NCBI RefSeq assembly: GCF_964355755.1
Contig: NC_092671.1
Coordinates: forward strand, 4,712,001 to 4,776,000
Length of the DNA: 64,000 bases
Direction of reading: 5' to 3'
DNA from: Antedon mediterranea
Lineage: Eukaryota; Animalia; Echinodermata
The notes beneath the pieces were generated by a model. The model did no database searches. It had not been told where the DNA came from and worked only from the letters and a program-made list of their open reading frames with translations. A program made the position numbers and the translations under genes. Below, piece by piece: positions 53,706 through 64,000 of this stretch; position 1 is the stretch's first letter; each line of letters begins with the position of its first letter.

Positions 53706-55894
53706 ATGTCGGCAGCAGAACAAGCTGAATTAAAAGGTGGACATCCACCGGCAGGTTAGGTTATTTTGTTTTTATAAAAACGTGTAATATAACGTGTAAT
53801 ATAAAAGACGTGTATTTGTGATTTAAATTTGTCTTAACGCTAGCTAGGCCAGATGGAAGACACTGTCTTTGCAACTTTCTGACACGCTAGCCTTAATCAG
53901 CTAGGCTAATGGACAGTCCGACACACACCCTGGGCCTCCATAAAAAATTGGAAGACTAATGCGTTTGGATACTGTTGTGCCTGTATTATTTAATAAACCC
54001 CCTACTACTACTAGGCCTAGCTAGCTAGTTTTGATTCATTCTGGTTGGAATAAATCTATGCATTATATTTTTATTTTAAATAAAATGATAAATTAATTAT
54101 TTTTATTGTATATATAAATTATATATTAATATAAAATATAATTATTAAATATCGAATTACCAAGAGTGTATTTAAACGTTGTATGCCTATAACAGTTGAT
54201 ATATTTCATTGTTTTTAGTGAAGGCTGGTGGCATGAGGATAACACAAAGTGGCAAGCAAGCTTATGAAAAACCTGAAAAAGATGAAGATGCTGATGACTA
54301 TGTGGAACCAACAAGGTCAGGATGATCCCTGCTACAACAACCTCAACCACTACTGACCAGCACCTCCCCCCCCCCCCCCACCCCCAAATAATTTGCCAGT
54401 CCCCCTCCCCTCCATTAATTAACACTGTCCAGATATAGTAAAAGGCACCCCTCCCAACTCAACTTGAAGCCCCTCAGATCTCCATATAACCCCCATAATC
54501 TCCCACCCACCCTCCTCACCATGCATCTGCACAACCTGTGCCCTGCCACTCCCATCCACACATACTCAACTATTTGAACCTCTACTTAACACCATCTCTA
54601 ACCTACCATGCCAGTTCTCCCTCCTGGCCGCGATTTTTTTTTTTCGTACATAAGTTGGGGACCCCATCATGAAACGTCACAAAATAAACATGAATAATTC
54701 ATCAGTTAAATTTTCTTGTTCCGTGTGCACCCAAGCGTATAGCAACAAGAAGTGATTACACAAGTGCGGTACGATTCTAGGCCTATCTCCGCTGCGCTGT
54801 TGAAGAATAGCGGCGTTTTGTGTGGATTGTCGAAATAATCGGCCTTTAGTTTATGGTGTTTTTAATATAATTTATTACTAAAGAATTACGTGTTAAAATT
54901 ATAGTTTCTATTAATACTATTAGGCCTAATTATTAGTCTCTAAACCCATGTCTATTCTAGTAGTAGCTGTGTGGATGTGTGTGACGTGTGTGTGTGTTAG
55001 GTATGACCAAAGATAGTTACACTATCTTTGGTATGACACAATCCGAGTAATAAGTCAGCAAAATTAAACAATAAACATTACACAAAAATACATTTTTTAT
55101 TCTCGTGGGTCAAATCTTCCCATCTCATGTGTTCATATACGCGCATTTTTAAAGTTCCTTTGAGTACATGCATATTGTTTGATAATAAAATAGCAGAATT
55201 AAAAAATACAGTACACAAATTATACACATTCTTTATTCTTGTGGGTCTAAGCTTTCTTTGGGCTATGTCCAATGAATTACTACTTAGTTTAATGTCTTGC
55301 CGTACTTGCTTGCCTAGCTGTCAAATAGCCTCGACTCGACACATTTTGTGTGAAGAAGAGTGCGCGAAGGCAATCGCGTGAATTTACTTAGAATCCTAGG
55401 CCTACTGTAGAAAGTATTGTATCGCAGTTGTGTAATCGCTTCTTGTTGCTATAATACGCTTGGGTGCACACGGAACAACACATTTAACTGATGAATTATT
55501 CATGTTTATTTTGTGACGTTTCATGAGGGGGTCCCCAACTTATGTACGAAAAAAAAAATCGCCTCCTGGCCCCCACTTTGTTAAACATACATAGCACCCA
55601 TACTCAATCACTTAAATCTCCACTTTCGTGACCCAGACCCTGCCAAACCCCCATCCCAACTTTATTATTAATTCATCCCCACACAAGAATTTCTCTATTA
55701 AATTCCTTCACATTTTGTTCCTCAGTCCACCACAAGCCAATAACGTGCGTCTGTTAATCTCTGGTGCAGTCACTAAAGGGAATAAAGATTTCCCGACGGA
55801 AGCTGTCAAGAAAACACACGATAAGCCACAACCGACACATTCCAAGCATGTGGATACTAAACCAAAGCATAATGTACAACAGCCCCGCAAGTAG
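53706..55894 (+). CDS. DAP: Death-associated protein 1 (DAP family), 104 aa
   Basis: Exons 53706-53754, 54219-54315 and 55726-55894 (315 nt) splice to MSAAEQAELKGGHPPAVKAGGMRITQ...SPP...LISGAVTKGNKDFPTEAVKKTHDKP...NVQQPRK*. GHPPAVKAGGMRI, GxKDFP and the terminal QQPRK are DAP hallmarks. Confidence 0.95.
54630..55562. mobile_element. Non-autonomous Mutator-like (MULE) element of 933 bp in DAP intron 2
   Basis: TIRs of about 135 bp (GCGATTTTTTTTTTTCGTACATAAGTTGGGGACCCC... / ...GGGGTCCCCAACTTATGTACGAAAAAAAAAATCGC) are flanked by a perfect 9-bp TSD CTCCTGGCC (54621-54629 and 55563-55571). Confidence 0.8.
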
Positions 55895-57549
55895 AGGGCG
55901 TAATTTGCATTTTCTGGCCGCTGACATAGTATATGACCCACTATTGGGGAATCTGAATGTCGATTTACAGAATGGCAAATATATCTGAATAAGGTTAAAA
56001 ATCATGGAAATTAACATTTTATTTGAAAATGAAATTTAATTAGATGATTTTCTAAGTAGTATACATGTATTTTAACACATACTAAGAAATTAATAGAGGA
56101 TATATTTTGGGGGGACATATTCACTGTTTAAGTACATATAATGAATCTATAGGGTAAAGCATGGAGGTATAACATTAAACTGAAGAGCTTGTATTAGCTA
56201 ACCGAAATTCGTGTCCTAAAACAACAAATTAGATATTTTGTCTATAGAGTTAAATTGCTTATATAATAATTTGTTTTCTGTTTTTGTTCAACAGCAGCAG
56301 CATTACACACTTCATTGTTTATGTAACCTTAAAAAAAGAAATTATATATAGACATTGTTATGGTACAGTGAGCTTATTTAATGTCAACAATTTATCAAGG
56401 ATATAGTCATTATTAAAGGTTACAATTATTAAACAGTGTTTTGGAAATTGTTACATTTACTGTAGAATATTAGAAATAAAGCAAATTTAAACACTGTATC
56501 TAGATTACCCAAGGCAAACTAGCAACAGGATGCTGAGCTCCAAAGATCAAATGGTTTATCTCTGGCTGCGACACAATCAGTTCCACGCATCTTAATATAT
56601 AAATAATGTATATGTACTGTAATAGAATATGTACATAGTACAGTACTGTTGGTGTTTGTCGCAGCCAGGCATAAGATCAAAAGACTGTTACAAGTTCCTA
56701 TCTTGGCATGGCGAACTCAGCGTCCTGTTGTTAGATTGCCTTGATTTCACACAAGAACAGTGTGCCTACTGTATGTATTCATCTTTTTGCACAGTCATGT
56801 GTATAACAGACTATATAATTATCAACACACCCACACACGCAAATAATAATTTTGGTTTATGAATATATTACTACTACTTAGTATATCAAGTATACTAGTA
56901 TATTACTACTACTGTATTAGGAAATAGGATAACAAATTTTAACATTTTTGTAAAAATTATGAAATCATATATGGCTTTTTTGCTGTGGACCAAAATTAAA
57001 AGTACATACTGTATTTATTTTAGGAAATTTTTCTTCTAATTTAGTCATGAAGTTACAAAAATGAGGTTGGAAGGTTATTTTATTTTGGTAGACTTGCTAC
57101 CTGGCATAACTTAACACTATTAAGTTTGTATTTTATGGATAATTCTTTGAAAAATAGCATAAGGCTAAGACTATTTCATAGTAAAAGTAATTTTGAAAAG
57201 GATAATTTACTAACACAATACTTAAAAATGTTCAATATCCCATTATGTATTATCATTGGAAGCAAAATTTTCTTTCCTTATTGTAAGTAATTGAATGTTT
57301 GGGTTATTTTAGGGAACGAACGTAATATTTTAAAAGAAATGTTTTCTTAAGGATAATGATTCCTATTTTGAATGAAAAAAAACAGTCTTGTGATATTCTT
57401 ATTCAATCTGATATATTTGTTTTAATTTGAATAAAATACAATCAAATGTACTAATATGATGTTTAGAGTTTGATGTTACCTGCAAAATCAACTTCAAAAA
57501 TATTTGCCAGACAATTTCCCATGAAAAATTAGCCAACTACACAAAGGTT

Positions 57550-57687
57550 AGCTCTGTCTACACTATCAAACTTGTTCCAACAAAATAAGTGTGATGTGCC
57601 CAAATATGGTAGTGATGTGACATCATGTCCATATATGGGCACATCACATTTTTTTGTCACATAAAGTTTGATAGTGTTGACAGAGCT
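57550..57687. mobile_element. Harbinger-like MITE copy
   Basis: AGCTCTGTCTACACTATCAAAC...GTTTGATAGTGTTGACAGAGCT. Confidence 0.7.
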
Positions 57688-57865
57688 TTAAGTTTAGTTA
57701 AATAGTAATCATTAGGGTGAGGTAGTGGGTAGTAAGAATAGGAAATATGGTCAAAATTGTAATGAGGTGTACACGTCAATGAGGAATATTCTTTATTTAC
57801 CTATTAGATTACTTGGTTGCTATTTTGCTGGTGACAACTGTACCCGAGTGCCACCAGGTATGGAA

Positions 57866-58525
57866 ATATTGATATAAAGTTTGCAGTACACCACGTATGA
57901 AAAGAACTGTTGAGTTTCTCGATGTTTGATCAATATGCTTTGATCGTCCTTTAGGAGTGAGAAACGAGAACGATCAAAGCATATTGATCGAAATGTCGAG
58001 AAACTCAACAGTTCTTTTCAGAACTAATATACGTGGTAATACATTTCGATCAATATGCTCAGGAGTGAGAATGTGCATTCTTATTTGACAGGCACTCCTG
58101 AGGACGATCAAAGTATATTGATCGAAATGTCGAGAAACTCAACAGTTCTTTTCAGAACTCATATACGTGGTGTACCGCAAACTTTATATCAACATTTGAT
58201 TTCGCCATGCAATCCTTCTAACAATATATGGAAATATTGTATGGTGAAAATTGAAATGACATATGTATGTATACATCAATGATGTTAATGTAATATATTG
58301 TTTGAAGGTTTGCATGGTGAAATCAAATGTTGATATAAAGTTTGCGGTACGACACCACGTGTATTAGTTCTGAAAAGAACTGTTGAGTTTCTCGACATTT
58401 CGATCAATATGCTCAGGAGTGAGAATGTGCATTCTTATTTGACAGGCACTCCTGAGGACGATCAAAGTATATTGATCGAAACGTCGAGAAACTCAACAGT
58501 TCTTTTCAGAACTAATACACGTGAT
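57866..58525. mobile_element. Penelope-like retroelement relic: inverted and tandem pLTR-like fragments carrying minimal hammerhead ribozyme motifs
   Basis: A unit of about 100 bp (GAAAAGAACTGTTGAGTTTCTCGACATTTCGATCAATATG and its reverse complement) is repeated in both orientations. It contains CTC-CTGAGGA-C-GATCAA(AGTATA)TTGATC-GAAA-CGTC-GAG. Confidence 0.6.
58449..58488 (+). ncRNA. Minimal type I hammerhead ribozyme motif (Penelope-associated type); second copy at 58095-58134
   Basis: Stem I CUC/GAG, core CUGAGGA, 6-bp stem II, GAAA, palindromic ACGU in place of stem III, and a GUC cleavage triplet. Confidence 0.55.
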
Positions 58526-60669
58526 GTTAATGTAGGGGTTGAATGATGCGTCCCTCTTGTGTGTTCTTGCCTATTCTTTTCAAGATAAAAGAGAGTTCAT
58601 AATTTTATTTTGGCTGTCAAATGAGAATGCACAAAATGTAGATGAGTACAGTAAACAGTAAAAAACATCAACACTACATTCATAATATTGGTTTTGTTTT
58701 AATATCCTGTTATAGAAATCAACCACTTTCATAAAATCATTTGGTCTAGAAATTTAAAACCTATTGCTTATACTGTCTCTTAAGCCTGTTTTACACTAAG
58801 CAAGCTATTTTACTTTGTTTTTAAAGTCAAATGTTCATTTTATTGTAGTCCCAAAAAGTGACAATGTTCTACTACTTTGCCGTGATAAAAGACACAGCCA
58901 ATCAAATTCAAGCAAATCCAAGCGATCACCAAGCATTTTAAGGAAACTGCAAACACATTCTGATCGTTTCGTAGTGCACAACACGAAAATAACTTGTCTA
59001 GTGTAAACTCTTTATAAAATAATTTCCTTGACATAAATTGCAATAAAAATAAAACAATTACCAATCTCATTAAATGTTAAAATATCATTATGGCATCAAC
59101 ATTTCAACAATACTTTATATGATTTATTATTATATACCACCCTATTCTACAAAGGTATGTGGTACAATATCAGATGTTGAATAAATAGGCTAATATATCA
59201 CTCTAAAATGACATAAATAATCCGTTTTGATAAAGTTTCAAGCAAACTATTAACTGCGCATTTGAATTATTTTGACATGGTCCCTTAAGCTTGGTTCACA
59301 CTAGGACGCAATGCAAGGGTATAAGCGCAACTGAATTACCTGACCAATCACAAGAAATGGCATATCCAATCTGCGTTGTGCTTATGCAGTTGCATTGCAT
59401 CCTAGTGGGAACCAGTTAGGGTAAGAATGGTAAAATTTTTCCTGCTTCCTACAGTCTTGTGTGGCTGATTTTGCCATTTTCCCTTAACTGGACCCAAGCA
59501 TTTTTAGGAATTATGAATGTGGTATACCAGAAACTTTACTTCTTTTTGCCAATAAAATAGCAAGTCACACAGTATGTCTCAATGGTACAAAGCATAAGTT
59601 GTTTAACAATATAAAACTAAAATAAAACCTTTGAATAAAGCACATTATAAATCTTATTTATGTAACATAAATATAATAAAAGTATAAATTATATATTATT
59701 ATAACTGATATGAAACCAAAATTGCACATCCCGATATCTGCCTTAAATCACTTAATTTTTAAATAAAAAGGTAAATTGATGACAATAGAAGTAAAAAATC
59801 TGTTCTTATCTATTGGTGACAAAAGGATAAGCTTTCCTTTGGCACAAAAATGTCACACATGTAGCCAACATTATGGTTATAGTTTACACTAATGAGTACA
59901 CTTTAAATACTAAAACCGGTCTGAATAACATGTTCAGTTTTGTTACATCCAAATTTTCATTACATCACAATGTTGCTTTTAATAAAAAACATTTTTTTTT
60001 TAAATCCAAAAAAAAATTCCCTTATTTCAATACATCCATTAAAAAAAAAATACAAAAAGAACCTATTATATTATTTGGAAAGAGTATAGGGGTTAGGTTA
60101 CATTTTCAGTCCCTATCATCTGGCTAACAAACCCTACCAGTCCAATCACTCTATCTTACAAAAACAAGAGTGGCATGCCCCAATGGGATGAAAGATATAA
60201 GATAATATATTTTAAATTGGTCCATCATAAAACATGTTGGAAATTCATTTTCTAAATGGCTTACATACAAAGACTATAAATAAATGCATTCATTTCTACA
60301 TACTTTTTTCTACCTGCAATTATACTATCAAATATCATAATTGATTCTAATAATACATTAAAACTTGATACATATAAACTAATACATTATATAATAGTAC
60401 TTTTGTTTACAATATGTTTTAAATCTAAAACTATATATTCATATATTTTTTTATATTATGGAATTATTTTTACATGATATCACATTGAACAATATAAAAC
60501 AACAAAGCTGATAATGTTCTTCTCACTTTTCCTTCATTGTCATGTCCGTATACAATTAATCAATCCTAGAAAACTCTGCCATTGAGCAGAAAATCAATCG
60601 CTGTTATTGGCCAATTGTCACCTTACATCTCATAAACAGCAGAAGTTGTGTACAATATATGTACTACTG

Positions 60670-60920
60670 GAAATCAGGTGGATCCAGGTGTATGCACAAG
60701 CAGATTGCCAATGTGGATGTACAGGCATGTACTTTTGCATCCACCTGTGCATTCAAAAGTACATGCCCAGTTGAATTTTTAGATGATGTACAGGTGGATT
60801 TCCAGATGGATGCCTAGTTGGTTGCCCAGTTGGATTTCCAGGTGGATGCCCTGTTGGATGCCTAGTTGGTTGCCCAGTTGGATTTCCAGGTGGCTGCACA
60901 GGTGGATACATAGGTGGTGT
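60670..60920. repeat. Degenerate 12-bp tandem repeat (CAGGTGGATxxx / CAGTTGGxTGCC) with a 48-bp higher-order duplication
   Basis: GGATGCCTAGTTGGTTGCCCAGTTGGATTTCCAGGTGG occurs twice, within a 12-nt periodicity. Confidence 0.75.
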
Positions 60921-61129
60921 GTTATAAAACTACATACTGCACAGCAAATCCTTTTATATCATGCATAAGAATAAGGGTCTTTATAATAACCCTGAGAATT
61001 TAAATTCTAAATAAAAATTAAGTACCCTGAGAACTAATCAAGTTAGAAGATGGTTATAAAGCAAAAAAAATAAACATTTTGGTATTAATATCAGAAATGG
61101 ATTATTCCAAATTTTTCACAAATTTAGGA

Positions 61130-64000
61130 TCCTTTATACTCTAGTAGCTAGATCAACTTTCGTATGCACTTTGAGGTCCAGAGAATTTGACTTCAGAAAT
61201 TGGTTTAGGGTGGTCAAACAATCATTTTTGGCTTGGTTACACATTTTGAAAATGTGGCGAAAGGTCAAAAGGTCAGGGTCAAATGTTAGAAGATCAAACA
61301 CCATTATGTCTTTAAATCTCGACAACCACTGGTCACAGCGAGGTAATTTTGGTCTCAAATTGATCAGAAGGTATACATTCATATTCAGTCTAATGAAACA
61401 TTTTAGTCGAAAATGACCGGAAATGCCATTTCTGACCTTTGACCCATAAACCAGGGCATGTCTGTATCTCCGTAACTATTGGCCGTAGAGACTTTAATTT
61501 GGGCTCAAATTGTTCGAAATATACATTTAGTTATTTGTTACACATTTTGAACAATGTTACAAAAGGTCAAAAGGTCAAGGCCAGGGGTTATATGAATAAA
61601 CACAAATAGGTATTTGTATCTCGGCAACCACTGGTCACAGCGAGTAAATTTTGGTCTCAAAATGTTCAGAAGCTATACATTCATATTCAGTCTAATGAAA
61701 CATTTTAGTAAAAAATGAACGGAAATGACATTTCTGACCTTTGACATACATACCAGGGCATCTTTTTATCTCTGTAAGTACAGGTCGTAGAAACTTAAAT
61801 TTAGTATCAAATTGTTAGAAATACACATATTTACATTCATGATGATGAAGAAATACTATTAATTACTAATCTTTTAAATGAAAAACATATCTACCCAACT
61901 TATCATTAGACAGTAATGTTATGCAATAATTGATGCTTAATGATTTCATTATACTGTAGGAATTAAAACAAATCCTTTACTGTTTGTAATAATTGTACTT
62001 TTGCTTATAATAATGCTAGAAAGTATTGTTGACCCCCGAACATTCAAACATTTTGAGAATGCTAGAAGTAATTTACTGTAGTTACCCGAATAAAAGCCTC
62101 GGGTATTTATTTATTCAGGGAAGGCGTTTATTTTGTTGGGTGTAATAATGGTAACATGTATAATCAAATATACACCCCAGATATATATATATATAAAATT
62201 ATATATATAATAAGAATAATAACGGGATTAAACCTCATTCTATCCTGGTGGAAGTACAATCATGTAATAAAAGGTATCGGAGACCACAATAATAGATCAA
62301 GTCATTGTCATTATTACGTATTACACTGTTGCATAATAGTTTTGAATGTCAACGACAAAACTTACACATATACACGTCTGTTCCCAGTGTAGATAATAAA
62401 ACAATATATATTTCTGGAGATTTATTATCAATACCACTAGAAACGTTGACATGTTTTAGGTACTGAATGCATTGACAATAAAAGCATCAGAAGTTTATCA
62501 TAATAAAATCATACTACCACACTGTACTACAGTACACAAGGGTGTTTTCAGGAAAGCTGGACATATCGTACAATAGTAATGAAACTATGTATTGGCATTT
62601 AAAACTATGCAAAAGATTGTTGTCAAATTGTAGTTACAAACAAATAGATGATAGAATGAAGATCCATTATGAGTGCAATCGTGTCAGGATAATGATGTGT
62701 CATTGTTTTACTGGCACCTGGAGGAGAAGATCCATTTAATGGAATCAGATGGAATCTATCACTTCTATTTTAAAAGACAGAAACATTTCGTTAAAAAGCA
62801 TAAAGAGGAAAACGAATCATGTAAAGTACCTTTTATCAGTTGAGAAACGAAATACAATTATTAAAATTAGAGTATTCCTTCAAATAAACACCACCATTCC
62901 CTCCAATAGAACACCACGTGGAATAAACGCCCCGCCACATGCATTTACACAATAATTGTATCACGTCAACACATTTCATTAACTACCATAATCTACAATT
63001 TACCAAGCATTTTGACATAATTTTATCACTTTTTGATATTAATTGTGCAGTATTTTTTTACATCTAGGTGGTATTTATTTGATTATACATGTTACCATAT
63101 TATACCCCAAATAAAGATGCCTCCTTTCCCCCTAAAAACCCTTTTGAACAATAAATGCCTGGGGCGTTTAATTGGATACATATGGCAAGTTACTTCTAGC
63201 ATTCTGAAAAGAACTGCTGAGCTTAACGTTTCTATCAAAATGTCCTCGGGGACAGCAATAACTAGTACTTGAAATTAAAACAATTTAAAGTATCAGTTAT
63301 TGCATAACATTACTGTCTAAGGATAAGTTGTGTAGATATGTTTTTTGTTTGAAACATTGGTAATAGTATTTCTGTTCATCTTTTAACCACATTTTCTATT
63401 ACATTGAATGTAAATATGTATATTTTGAACAATTTGATACCAAATTTAAGTTTCTACGACCTGTACTTACAGAGATATGAAGATGCCCTGGTATGTGGGT
63501 CAAAGGTCAGAAATGGCATTTCTGATCATTTTTGACTAAAATGCCCCATTAGATGGAATAGAAATGCATGCCTTCTGAACATTTTGAGACCAACATTGAC
63601 GTGCTGCAACCAGTGGTTGCCGAGATACAAGTACCTTTTTTTATTTGTTCAAATAACCCTTGACCTTGACCCTTTGACCTTTTGTAACATTTTTCAAAAT
63701 GTGTAACAAATAACAAAACATATATTTCGAACAATTTAAAACAAAAATCAAGTGTCTACGACCAGTAGTTACGGAGATACATACATGCCCTGGGTTGTGG
63801 GTCAAAGGTCATAAATGGCATTTCCGGTCATTTTTTAATAAAATGTCCCATTAGACTGAATATAAATGTATACCTTCTGATTAATTTAAGACCAAAATTA
63901 CCTCGTTGTGACCAGTGGTTGTTGAGATTTAAGGACATATTTGTGTTTGGTCTTATGACCTTTCACCTTGACCTTTTGACCTTTCGCCACATTTTCAAAA
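61130..64000. mobile_element. Large foldback / long-TIR element: arms of 600 bp or more (61244-61839 and 63405->64000) built from subrepeats of about 150/300 bp rich in AGGTCA
   Basis: TTTTGAAAATGTGGCGAAAGGTCAAAAGGTCA at 61244 is the reverse complement of the last bases of the window. The inner junctions ...ACATATTTACATTCA (61839) and TGAATGTAAATATGT... (63405) also match. The right terminus lies outside the window. Confidence 0.7.

Noticed and set aside
62156-63272. Short ORFs in the spacer of the foldback element as transposase remnants
   Set aside because: No recognisable DDE or other motifs, and frames close quickly.

Overview
AT-rich, intron-containing animal DNA (marine invertebrate, probably an echinoderm or similar deuterostome; this is inference from gene style only). 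Three protein-coding genes are supported. (1) A giant minus-strand gene (ATG at 44503, running off the left edge) has at least 50 exons and about 3,360 aa visible: signal peptide-CUB x6-(C-type lectin-FN3) x4-CUB x5-(C-type lectin-FN3) x5+. (2) DHDH lies on the minus strand (7 exons, 339 aa). (3) DAP/DAP1 lies on the plus strand (3 exons, 104 aa), head-to-head with DHDH. The most striking non-coding structure is a 12.3 kb 'Russian-doll' nest of eight co-oriented non-autonomous Helentron/HINE-type rolling-circle elements (27672-40016) inside one intron of the big gene. Each copy has inserted next to the 5' end of the previous one, so the 5' hairpin ends stack up like closing brackets, and two bracket mismatches look like fossils of rolling-circle read-through and early termination. 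Also present are Penelope-type hammerhead-ribozyme motifs, several MITE and SINE families, an octamer-motif minisatellite and a long inverted-repeat element at the right edge.
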